From: Octopus vulgaris
Taxonomy: Eukaryota
Direction: 5' to 3'
Length of the DNA: 64,000 nucleotides
NCBI GenBank assembly: GCA_951406725.2
Contig: OX597815.1
Coordinates: 58,962,001-59,026,000, forward strand
Every line of letters starts with the position of its first letter. Within the stretch, counting starts at the first letter, position 1. Under the pieces are notes generated by a model. The model was given only the letters and a program-made list of their open reading frames with translations. It made no database searches and was not told the origin of the DNA. The translations under genes were made by a program, and so were the position numbers. This document shows, piece after piece, positions 1 through 11,422 of the stretch.

Positions 1-443
1 CAAAGTTAGGAAAAGAAAACAAAATTGCTTACCTTAACATTTCTTCTTCATACACGTCTATTTTGTATGACTAGAATTGCAAAAATGAGGTAGAACTTTA
101 GGAAGCTATTTTACATGGAGTGGAGATAATACCCTTGTGCTGAAGTCAAAAGAGCCAACAGGTGTCATGAACAACCAAAGCAACATGGCTGCCCCAAGCC
201 ATATATGAGGCCATATAAAATATTCAAACAAAACGAAAAGCAAAAAAAAGCACATTTTTGCTAGGATTGCTTAATGTAACCACTATTTATATTGAAACAA
301 GCAAGGTTTTAGAAATAATATGAGTGAGATGAAATGACGTGGGAATTAAAGCTGGGAAAGGAAAAAAAACAAATATGCTTATTTGAACATTTGTATTGCT
401 TAACGTTACACATAGCATGGAAATAAACAAGGCTTTATAGATA

Positions 444-651
444 ATATTTAAAAGATTGATTATTATGACTGGTCAGAGAAAGTGCTTAGCTGTATAAGTG
501 ACTTGTCAGACTCAAATTGCTAGAGGCACATAACCCCTCAAACGGCCTCCTGCCATTTGAGTCTGACAAGTCACCTATACAGCTAAGCACTTTATAGGTG
601 CAAAAACAATGGTCACTCTGATCAGCCATAACAATCAGCTTTCTAAATATA
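444..651. repeat. Foldback / MITE-like inverted repeat
   Basis: 479-517 pairs with 555-593 at 38/39 nt. Outer arms 444-478 and 616-650 pair imperfectly. Confidence 0.8.
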
Positions 652-700
652 TTTCTGCTCTATTTTAGGGTGTACTTCTTTTTTGAGTATATGAACTACT

Positions 701-2177
701 CGTCATCATGATTTAGTGTCTGTTTTTACATGCTGGTATGGGTTAGACAGTTTGATTGGAATTGGTAAGCTGGAGAGGTGCACTAGGTTCCAGTCTCTTT
801 TGGCTTGGTTTCTATGGCTGGATGCCATTCTTAATGCCAACCACTCAGTAGAGTGTACCTGCTACCTTTTATGTGTCACTGGCACAGGTGTCTTTGATGT
901 GCTACTGGTACTGGCCATGACTACGATTTTTTTTTAGTTTGATCTGTCTTCACAAGCACTGCAAATCACCAAGAGTCTCAGTCACTTCTCATCACCTCAA
1001 TGAATCTCAACATCCAACAATCATATTTTACCATTTCATCCCATTTCTTCCTGAGTTTACCTCTGCCACAGATTCCCTCCACAGTTAGAAATTGGCACTT
1101 GTTTATGCAACTGTTTTCATCCATATGCATTACATCACCATACCAGCATGGTCTCCTCTCTTGCACACTACATTTGATGCCTCTTATACCCAATTTTTCT
1201 CTTTAGATACCTAACTCTGTTGTACCTGCACTGTGACATTGCATGTCTAGTGGAACATGCTAGCTTCATTTGTTTCAAGCCTTCACATGTCTACAGCAGT
1301 CACAGCCTATGCTTCACTGCCATGTAGCGTGGCTGTTCATACAATCTACCTTTCACTCTTAGGGAGAGCCCCTTTATTACCAATAAAGGTAACAACTCTT
1401 TGAATTTCGCCCAGTCCATTCTTATTCTAGCAGCTATGTTCTCAGAGCATCCTCTTCCACTGATGACTTGGTTACCTAGGTAATTGAAGCTATCTACTAC
1501 TTCTAAATAGCCCCTAGGCATCTTATGGAGTCTATTCTTTGTACATTCCTAGTGTTTATTGTGCCTACACATCTACCACACAAAAACTACTTCCTCTGAT
1601 ATTGCTGCACCTCTTATGTGTTCATAGCTTGCACTAGGTATGCCTTATGGAATTTATACGTACACCTTTTCTACATGTCGAGCAGGGCCATCTCCCTGAA
1701 GGGATTTGTGATTTGTCTGTTTTCCTACTTACTAAGACTTTGGTCTTTGCTAAATTAACTCTAAGGCCCTTTGATTCCAGACCTTAATTCCACACCTGGA
1801 ACTTCTCTTGTTCTGGTAGTGAGTGAGCTATAAGAACAAGGTCATTGGCATGGAGAAGCTCCCAAGGGCAGCCTGACTTAAATTCCTTTGTTATAGCCTG
1901 GAGGACTATGATAAACAAGAGAGGGCTGAGAACCGATCCCTGGTGAACTCCTAACTGTACATTGCTATACTCATTCTCAACTTTCACTTACTGACAGCAT
2001 CCTTATACATGGCTTGTACAGCTCTCACCAACCACTCATCTATCCCTGGCTTCTGCATTGACCACCAGATAAGGGTGCAGGGGACCCTGTCAAGTGTTTT
2101 CTCCATATCAACAAAAGCCAGGTACAGAGGTTTCTTTTTGGCTAAGTACTTCTGCAGCTGCCTTACCAGGAATATAG
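701..2177 (-). mobile_element. Decayed 5'-truncated RTE-type LINE (family A, (GAT)n tail)
   Basis: RT remnants LYLAFVDMEK, GVHQGSVLSPLLF, ELLHANDLVL, VDSFNYLG and WYGDV. The 3' UTR and catcat tail at ~701-900 match other family-A copies. Confidence 0.9.
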
Positions 2178-2308
2178 CAAACATACATATATATATACAT
2201 ATATGTATGTATGTATGTATGTATCGGCACCCCAGCCAATGCACCACAACTAATCACAGGCATGGGTTTGTGGTAAGAAGCGTTGTTCTGTTCTGCATAG
2301 ACTGTTGT

Positions 2309-2352
<44 letters not shown>

Positions 2353-2376
2353 CATACATACACATACACATATGTA

Positions 2377-2762
2377 AAGGCGCACAGCTTAGTGGTTATG
2401 GTGTTGCACTCGGTTTGATTCCCAGACCAGGCGTTGTATTGTGTTCTTGAGCAAACCACTTCATTTCACATTGCTCTGCAATCATTTCAACATCTGACAT
2501 GTGGCACCTGTTGCACCTGTACAGGTAATGTTGATTTGATGGGGGGGGCGGATTGAGCTGATGTCTACACAAACATTTGATCACTATAAACAAATCATCT
2601 GTGTGGTTCTTCAGTAAGAAATTGTTGAACCTTCATATGTCGTCTAACAATGGGAGAGTCTATCATCATATATACATGTGTGTGTGTATGTATGTTTATG
2701 TGCATGTGTCTTTGTGTCTGTGTCTTTGTGCCTGTGTTTGTTCCCCCCCCCCCACTGCTTGA
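2377..2762 (+). mobile_element. tRNA-derived SINE, decayed
   Basis: A-box-like cagcttagtgg and B-box-like gtttgattccc. Head resembles the 7394-7786 SINE; (TG)-rich body. Confidence 0.6.
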
Positions 2763-2859
2763 AAGTCTCTTTGTTTTGTTTGGATTCTCACTTTATTTTT
2801 ATCACAATCATATTATGTCTAAAACGTTGCTTTTCTTTTTCCATGCTATATGTTAAAAA

Positions 2860-5031
2860 GTAGTGTAGTTGACATGGCCATTAGAGAAGAGAAGGCTTAG
2901 AAGGACTGGAAGTTTGGTGGTAGAGGGAACTGTATCAGATAGCCAGAAGGAAGGCTTGGAAACAGATATATTTAGCCAGAGGAGAAGCAGAAAAGAAGAA
3001 GTTTGCCTATGTTCTGCGGTGTGAGAACCAGAGACTTGAAGTGTTTTGGATTGCAAGTCTGCATGGATGATGGTGCACTTGGCATTTAGTAATTCTGCAA
3101 AGAAAGAGGAGGCTTGGAAATGCCATTATGAAAGGCTGCTAAATGTGGAGAATGCATGGGAGAAGGAGAGTCTGCCTAATGTAGACCTAACTGAGGGACC
3201 AGCTATCTGAATTGGCAGTAGATAAAACAATTAAGGATATGACGACAGGGAAAGCCCCTAGTCCATCAGGAATAACAGCTGAGATGCTTAAAATATCCAG
3301 CAGAGTGGGACATGGCTTAGTTACCCATATAGTTAATCAGGTTGACTAGTATTGCAGAATTATAGTCAACTGCTACAAAGATAAATGTGAGGCCTTAGAC
3401 AGAAATAATTACAGAGGCATCAAATTGTTAGACTAGGTGATGAAAGTTGCAGAAAGGGTCATAGCTCAATTAATTAGGAAGAGAGTTAGCATAGATGAGA
3501 TGCAGTTTGGATTTGTGCAAGGCTGATGCTATATTTCTCGTTAGAAGTATTTAGCCAAAAATAAACCTCTGTACCTGGGTTTTGTCAACATGGAGAAAAC
3601 CTTTGACAGAGTCCAACACTCCCTTATCTGGTGGTCAATGCGGAAGCTAGGGATAGATAAGTGGTTAGTGAGAGCTGTACAAGCCATGTACTAGGATGCT
3701 GCCAGTAACGTGAAGATGGCAATGAGTATAGCAATAGATTCAGTGTACTTGTAGAAAGTTCACCAAAGATCAGTTCTTAGCCCCCACTTGCTTAACTTAG
3801 TCCTCTAGGCCTTAACAGAGGAATTCAAGACCGGCTGTCCTTGGGAGCTCCTCTACTCTGATGACCTTATTCTTATAGCTTACTCACTACCTAACCTAAA
3901 GAAGAAATCTCAGGTGTGGCACCTGTTGCACCTGTACAGGTAATGTACAGGCCTGGTATCTAAGGGCCTTAGAGTTAATTTAGCAAAAGCCAAAGTCCTA
4001 GTAAGTAGGAACACAGACAAATTGCAAATCCCTTCTTGGAGATTGCCCTACTTGATATGTTAGAAAAATGTTGGTAGAAACTCCATATTTTGTATCCAGT
4101 GCAAGTTTTACACACATAAGAGGTGTACAGTATCACAGAAAGGTTATTGGAAAATATAGTCTTTGTGTATGGCAAATGTGTAGGTACAATATGCACTAGC
4201 AATGTGCTCAGAAGGATCATTAGAAGTAGTAGATAGCTTCTGTTACCTAGGAGACCAAGTTAGCTGTGGAGGAGGAAGTTCTGAAAGTGTAGTTGCTTGG
4301 ATAAGAATGGGCTGGGTAAAGTTCAGTTGGTAACTAAAGGCCTCTCCGTCAAAGTGAAAGGCAGATTGGATGATGCCTGTGTATGCACAGCTATGTTACA
4401 TGGCAGTAAAACATGGGCTTTGACTACAGAAGACTTGTAAAGGCTTGAAACAAATGAAGCTAGCATGTTCTGTTGGATGGGTAATGTCAGTGTGCATGCA
4501 CGACAGAGTGTAAATGAATATAAGAGGTATCAGATGTATGCAAGAGAGAAGACTGTGCTGGTATGGCCATGTGATGCATATGGATGAGGACAGCTGCTTA
4601 AAGAAGTACCAAGTTCTATTTGTGGAGAGAATCTGTGTAAGGGGTAGACCCATGAAAATGTGGGACAAAGTGGTAAGAAAGAATCTTTGGATGCCTAGTC
4701 TCACTGACGAAATGACAGTGGACTGGAAATTGTACTTAAAGATGTGTCAAGCTAAGTAAAATCATAGGTGTTCTATGCATATAGGCTTGTCCGTTCAGGT
4801 GCCAGTACCATATAAAAAGCACCCATGCCTGTGCTGTGTAAATGCACCTGTGCTGGTGGCACATTAAAGGCACCCAGCACACTCTGTTAAGTGGTTGGTG
4901 TTAGGAAGGGCATCCAGCTGTAGAAACCATGTCACAAAAGACAATTGGCATTGGACAGTTCCCCGGCTAGCCAGTTCCAATTCAAACCATCCAACCCATC
5001 CCAGCATAGAAAATGGACGATGATGATGATG
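2860..5031 (+). mobile_element. Decayed RTE-type LINE (family A)
   Basis: Frameshifted RT motifs (GKAPSPSGITAEML, NYRGIKLL, DEMQFGF, ELLYSDDL, LCWYGHVMHM). Same 3' UTR ending gatgatgatgat. Confidence 0.9.
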
Positions 5032-5959
5032 TGGGTGTCTTTTCAGAACATTGTCTGGTTTGAAAAGCCACATCATATGTCATGAGGGTGCTAGGGTGTA
5101 GATACAGGAGGTGGTCAAACTCTGCATAAGGAGTAGACTACCACCACCATATATGTATATATATAACTACTTGGACTTTGGGTATATGTCTTTTAGTAGG
5201 TGGATTAAAGCACATTCACCATTTGGGCGACCTGATATCATCTGCAGTAACAATATCATTTTCACTGGATCTATGTCAGGAAATCCACAGTGTTTGTTGA
5301 GTTTATAATTGATGAAAGAAATGGAAGATGGATTTAATACAAATCTTTATTCAGCACGACAATCGTTTTGACCTATTCTGCATCTTTTCCATTGGGGTAG
5401 GATATTGTGCATCTAGTTGTATTGCATCAATCAGTGCAGGCTGTGTCACTTCAGGTACTTGGTGTAGAAAAGGCCATCCCACTAGATATACTGAGTTCTC
5501 CTTGGCGTATTGTTCTTGCTAGTTGTACAGGGTAGGATAAGTTTGAGGTTGTAATCCACAAATGGTACTAGCCAGTTGACCATGAATATCTAACATGAAT
5601 TAAGATTGTAAATGATAGAGAATAAAACCTACCAAAGAAAGTTAAGATTAAGAAAGATGGCTATACACTCTTTGACATGAACACATATATAGACGTACAC
5701 ACACACACACACATGTATGTGCATCGCCAAGTGAATGTCATTTTATGTGATGGTGTTATTAGCTGCAGACATCTAGCTGTTATCTTGCACTCCACTGGGT
5801 AGCAGATCCCCAGTCAGTCATAGATGACTGGTTGTTAAGATGTTGGTTTGGCAGACACGCACACATGTACACAAGTATTTGTTTACATACATAGATGCAC
5901 ACTTATGTATATATTTATTTTTATTTCTATTTCTATTGGTGGGTTGGCATGCACACAAA

Positions 5960-6310
5960 CTCATATAGACCCGTTTAAATACCTCTATATGCATAAATAA
6001 GTATATATCGGTGTCTATGTTACATTCAGATGCAGGGCCCCATAAATAAGTGTTTAATTATGCATGTAGACACACTTATATGCATTTCACTCTGTACATC
6101 CATATATCAAATTACCCATAAAGCCCTCTTGTAAATGTCTATATTGCCTGTGTTAATTCACACCCTATTCAGATGCAGGGCCCCATATATGTCTTTACAC
6201 ATGCAAAGAGATACATTCATATGCATTTCTGACTGTGCATCCATATATCTATCTAGACATGGGGCCCCCTTATAAATGTCTACATTACCGGTGTCTATTA
6301 ACATCTTATA
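5960..6310. repeat. Degenerate ~145-bp tandem repeat
   Basis: attcagatgcagggccccat recurs at ~6024 and ~6167, followed by similar sequence. Confidence 0.65.
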
Positions 6311-6832
6311 AAGTGTATTTATATATTTAATCTACCACACACACCCCCAAAGACAAATATATTTATAATGCCTATATCTGTAGCTATAGGTGCATATTAA
6401 TATACATTGGTGATACTCAGACTCACTCAGATAGTTACATATATAAACATACAGTAATCACGATGCATATTGTATAAACTAAAATTGGATGGACTCACTT
6501 GCATGCTTACATATATAATATGTAACACAATAATCACAATACATATCATATTAGGTTGAATTGCAAAAATTGTAGGTACAATTGTCTTAATAACATTCGA
6601 CAAGAATCTCTATAACATGTTGGACAATATGGAGTTATATGGATCATCCATAATTAAAACTTTTATAGGTGGTCTCAGACCGTATTGTCTGGCTATATAC
6701 ATTAGTGGGATATGAAGTTCAGTCATGATTAATATACAACCTCTAAAGTAAAACATCTAACATAATACATTTAACACTTTGCAGGGATTGTACATACAAT
6801 TGTCTTAATAACATTCAACAATAATCTTGATA

Positions 6833-7113
6833 ATACTGTTCTATATTTAAGAGATGAGGAACTATGTACATTATTTACATAATTTACAATTGACAGATAT
6901 TTGTCCTCATCTTGTTTATTGTTAATACGTTTCAGCTGATATACTCTCCAGCCTTCATCAGGTGTCTTGGGGAAATTTTGAACCTGGGTTCTCATTCCTA
7001 AGGTATTTTTTGATGTTGTTATTGTTATTATTATTATTATTATTCAGTTCACTACCTGGAATTGAATCAGAATCTTGGGGTTAGTAGTCCGCACTCTTAA
7101 CCACTAAGCCATA
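6833..7113 (-). mobile_element. tRNA-headed SINE with hammerhead-ribozyme motif (left arm of inverted dimer)
   Basis: Minus strand: A box TGGCTTAGTGG, anticodon-like arm ggaCTACTAAcc, B-box-like gattcaattcc, (TAA)n, then CTGATGA-aggctg..cagct-GAAA-cg-TA. Confidence 0.8.
6926..6965 (-). ncRNA. Minimal hammerhead motif (core intact, stem I 3' strand damaged)
   Basis: acac-CTGATGA-a-ggctg..cagct-GAAA-cg-TA on the minus strand. Confidence 0.6.
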
Positions 7114-7118
7114 TACCG

Positions 7119-7184
7119 TGTGTAGTGGTTAAGAGCGCAGGCTACTAACCCCAAGATTCCGAGTTTGATCCCAGGCCGTGCCCC

Positions 7185-7226
<42 letters not shown>

Positions 7227-7369
7227 CAACATTGAAAAATACCTTAGGAATGAGAACCCAGGTTCGAAATTTTCCCAAGACACCTGATGAAGGCTGGAGG
7301 GTATATCAGCCAAAACGTTGTGTTAATAAACAAGATGAGGACAAATATCCGTTAATTGTAAATAATGTA
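7119..7369 (+). mobile_element. tRNA-headed SINE with hammerhead-ribozyme motif (right arm of inverted dimer)
   Basis: Reverse-complement copy of the left arm. The dimer is flanked by TSD AATAATCTTGATA (6820-6832, 7370-7382). Confidence 0.8.
7280..7323 (+). ncRNA. Minimal type I hammerhead ribozyme motif (G12->A)
   Basis: acac-CTGATGA-a-ggctg(loop)cagcc-aAAA-cg-TT-gtgt. Stems I and II pair, and stem III is the palindrome aacgtt. Confidence 0.65.
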
Positions 7370-7393
7370 AATAATCTTGATATCATATTGGAT

Positions 7394-7786
7394 GGAAGCA
7401 CTCCGTCAGTTACGACGACGAGGGTTCCGGTTGATCCGATCAATGGAACAGCCTGCTCGTGAAATTAACGTGCAAGTGGCTGAGCACTCCACAGACACGT
7501 GTACCCTTAACATAGTTCTCGAGGATATTCAGCGTAACACAGAGAGTGACAAGGCCGGCCCTTTGAAATACAGGTACAACAGAAACAGGAAGTAAGAGTG
7601 AGAGAAAGTTGTGGTGAAAGAGTACAGCAGGGATCACCACCATCCCTGCCGGAGCCTCGTGGAGCTTTAGGTGTTTTAGGTGTTTTCGCTCAATAAACAC
7701 TCACAACACCCGGTCTGGGAATCGAAACCGCGATCCTACGACCGCGAGTCCACTGCCGTAACCACTGGGCCATTGCACCTCCACGC
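7394..7786 (-). mobile_element. Full-length tRNA-derived SINE with 14-bp TSD
   Basis: A box tggcccagtgg and B box gtttcgattccc. TSD ATATCATATTGGAT at 7380-7393 and 7787-7800. Confidence 0.85.
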
Positions 7787-7960
7787 ATATCATATTGGAT
7801 AATATGGAATTATATGGATCATCAGTAAGTATAACTTGTATAGGTAGTCTAGGACTGTATTGTCTAGCTATATGAATTAGTAGAATACAAAGTTCAGAGG
7901 CGCAATGATGTACAACCTATAATGTATAACATCTAACATAATACGTATAATACATTGCAC

Positions 7961-8072
7961 ATAGGCGCAGGCATGGCTATGTGGCAAGAAGCTTCCTTCC
8001 CAACCACATGGTTCTGGGTTCAGTCCCGCTGTGTGGAATGTGGCATCTTGGGCAAGTGTCTTACTATAACCT
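7961..8072 (+). mobile_element. 5' part of tRNA/CORE-like SINE (family of 47572-47990)
   Basis: ggcgcaggcatggctatgtgg...gggttcagtccc...ttgggcaagtgtctt matches the head of the 47572-47990 SINE. Confidence 0.75.
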
Positions 8073-11000
8073 CATACAGAGATTCTGCAGAGGACATTTC
8101 ATTTTGTCCCTACATGAGCATTTGTTATTGATTGCTGTTGGTATCATTGTTCATGTTGTAATTATTATGTTCTAGGTGGTTATTTTTGTTATTTGTGTTG
8201 TTGTGAATATTATGTGCAAGGTGGTTATTATTATTGTTGTCAATTGAGTTGCTGGATGGACCTCTGTTCTTTGTTGAGGTCTCATTGTTTATGTTACTCA
8301 ACTGCTGATTTAATTTCCTGTTATTGATCATATATATGTGGTGCTCTAAGTTGGATGAATTGGTGTACGATACCTTGACAGTATGCTGGTTAAATATTTT
8401 GCTATATTTACTATATTTTGGGAAGCATCAATCTAGTGCTGTGAAAAACTGCTTTACAATCCTGGATGAGACATGTGATCCCCAGATTGGGTTGTCCCAT
8501 AAGATGTCTTGTTTTTTTTTATATTTGCTGTTAGGTTTATCTGTTCTGGTGTAAGGTGTGGTATTATGATAATTTGATATGTTGTGTTTTGCTGTGATAT
8601 TGTGGTGTATGCCTCTAGTAGTCTCATTTCCCATTAGTGCTTATATTCCTTCTGTTGGTTGGCCTTTTTCTAGGATTTGAGTCTGTCACATTAGGGTGCA
8701 GATTTGTTGTTGCATGGCAGATATTGTATTTGGTGGCATTAATTTTGGAATTGGTTCTATTATTATTTTTACTTGTGTATTGAATTTTTGCAGTGTGCTC
8801 AATGGTGGCTAAAGTGGCATTATAGTAGGGTGCATACTTTTTGAAAATTTCCTCATTTGCAGATAGCCTAGATATTCTAGCAGAAATATTATTTACTAGT
8901 CCTCTTATTGTAGATGGTGAGTGATTAGATCTTACACTTATATACCTTAAATTTTTGTTGAGTTTATGAAAAGGCTAATATAACCCAGTATTTAAGCTAA
9001 ATGTGGCATCTAAGAAATTCAGTCTACGGTGTTCATTATCAATAGTTATGGAAAGTCCAAGGTTTTAAAGAATTTGAAGAATAGCTTTTTGTGCCTTTCT
9101 ATAACTACTTTACTACATCTATTGAGGAAGAGTAAAGCATCATCTCTATACAGACCTCCACCAGTTTATGGGAATGAGTACAGGATTAGGGATAGGATGT
9201 AGACTCTGACCAAGTTTGTGACTTATGTGGAGTCCGAGGATCCCATCACTATGTTGAAGGCATCCATTCTATCCAACATCTTCCATAGTTTTCCATCAAA
9301 ACCTACTAGAGTGCCATGTGCCACATGTATAATATTTATTTCCTGTCTAGATAGATTTGAGTTTTTCCTGGCATAGATTAACTCTTTGTTAAGGAGGATT
9401 GGGTTTATATTAGTGTAATAGCTCTCAATGTCCAGTTGAAGGAATTTACTGTGTTTATTTATCTCTAGTTGCTTAAACCAGCCAAATACCTCCTAGGTGT
9501 CAGACAACAGTGCTAGTCTAATGTTTTATCTAAGTGTTGGAATTATCCTGTCTATAATTTACTTATTTTCCCTATGTCCAAGAGCAAATTAATCTAACAG
9601 AGGGGTTACTCTCAAAATTTGGCTTATGGTATTTTAGTGTTATCCAAAGTTTTCTAGATGCATATGGTTCAGTTCTATTGTCTATATCTAGATTGTTTAT
9701 AATTTCTAATCCCCTTCTATTTATTCTATTTTGTGTATTGTCATTTAAGTGTCTATATCTACTACATAGTTCCTTCTTAATTAATTTCTTATAAGGGTCA
9801 AAATCAACAATGTAAATATTACCAGTCATATCTGCTGGTACAAGTATACCTGGGGCTTTTTCAAACTCATCAAGTAATTTCCTTAATTTTTGCTGGTGTA
9901 GGTTCTTTCTTCTGGGATGTTTTCTAAATTCCACATTTTTAACAATGTTGTACAGTTCTTCTTCGAATCTGGCTGTGTTGGTTTGTCAGTGGGTTTTTCC
10001 TAGATTTAAATTCCTGTTTGAGTGTGTTGGATGATTTGAGTTTGTCCAGTTTAGTATCCGTTCTGTCAAAAAAGAAAAGCTTCCATTGCATTCTGCAAGT
10101 GAATTGACTAGTTTTCTCAAGTGATCTTATGTATTCTTTCTTGCTGGGTAAAGGTATATCATCAAGTGAGACATCTAGTAGTAATATTTTTTCTGGCTTC
10201 CTTGGCGTATTAATTGATAGTACCTTCTTGTAGATCGGATGATGGTTTAGCTCTGTAACTATTTGGACTTTGAGTATATGTCTATTAGTATGTCGGTTAC
10301 AGCACATTCCCCATTTGGGCTACCTGATGTCATCCACAGTAACGATATAATTTTCACTGGATCTACATTAGGAAATCCGCAGTGTTTGTTGAGTTTATAA
10401 TTGATGAAGAAAACAGAAGATAGATTTAGTATGAATATATGTATATGCTTTGTATAAAGCTGTAGAAAACTCTGCCCCAGTGTAGACTCATGCAAACACG
10501 GAAAAGATGTTAAAACAGTGATTACAACAGTGGTGCTGCTGGTAGTGGTGATGATAAACTCATCCTTTGTCAAGCTGATTGACACAACAGACTACAGCAT
10601 ATCACTCTGTGATTTTACACATAGTACATTATTTTGAGTGCAATTTGGAACATTGCTATACTGTGGGAGGGAATGGGAAAAGAATGTATAAACAATGTTT
10701 TGAAAAAATTTATTGGTAAGTTATGAAAACAGATTCAAACGCTTTCTTGTAGACATTTGTGGAAAAATTGTAGTGTTTCCAAAATAGCCTAACCAGATGA
10801 ATGTGTCATCAAGCAGTTGATGGTGAAAGAAGCCAAATATCTGTTTTTCTTCTGGAACAGAAAAAGAATGAGAAGAGTCTAGTAATGAAGTAAGTATTAG
10901 ATACACCAAAGAAATTTACAACTTGACTGTCAACTGAGGAATTCACTTCAAAAGTTTGGTTGTTAATGTTGAGTGATGTTCATGAGTTGAGGAAACCATA

Positions 11001-11186
11001 TCTTCATGTAATAGAAAAGTAAAAGCAGTCTATGCTGGATATGTTTTCAAAAATACCTTCATCTATTCAGGCTCCTTCTTCTAAGCCTTCAATCTGTTAC
11101 TGAACTGACATGCTTTGCTGCCACAACTCTGATGACCCTATTCTTTTTGTCTCCTCCTCAACTTCTTCAAAATAAATCAGCTCTAC

Positions 11187-11410
11187 ATCATCATCATCAT
11201 CATCGTTTAACGTCCGTTTTCCGCGCTAGCACGGGTTGGACGGTTTGACCGGGGTCTGGGAAGCCAGGGGCCGCTCCAGGCTCCAGTCTGATCTGGCAGA
11301 GTTTCTACGGCTGGATGCCCTTCCTAACGCCAACCACTCCGCGAGTGGAGTGAGTGCTTTTTACGTGCCACCTGCACAGGGGCCGGGAGGTCCGGCATCG
11401 GTCACGATCT
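11187..11410 (-). mobile_element. RTE family-A 3' tail fragment
   Basis: (CAT)n followed by cgtttaacgtccgttttcc...ggatgcccttcctaacgccaaccactcc, the reverse complement of ~44520-44690. Confidence 0.85.
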
Positions 11411-11422
11411 ATTCGAGCTTTT

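Larger units (their letters stand above)
6575..7950. repeat. ~217-bp tandem duplication interrupted by two insertions
   Basis: tacaattgtcttaataacattc at ~6577 and ~6795. The second unit resumes at 7787 (aatatggaattatatggatcatc...acatctaacataatac). Confidence 0.75.
5032..10440 (-). mobile_element. Decayed Penelope-like element (Naiad-like) with pseudo-LTR-like direct repeats and nested insertions
   Basis: Minus-strand remnants SLDDIPLPSKKEY..RMQWK, LVPADMTGNIY, ITLKYHKPNF..VRLI, TMGS, LYRDDAL and NKCSCRDKMKCP (~8075-8125). Direct repeats at 5170-5336 and 10262-10428. Left boundary is inferred. Confidence 0.75.

Noticed and set aside
7045-7180. Functional tRNA-Ser(ACT) genes
   Set aside because: B boxes and acceptor stems are degenerate and run into a SINE body, so these are SINE heads.
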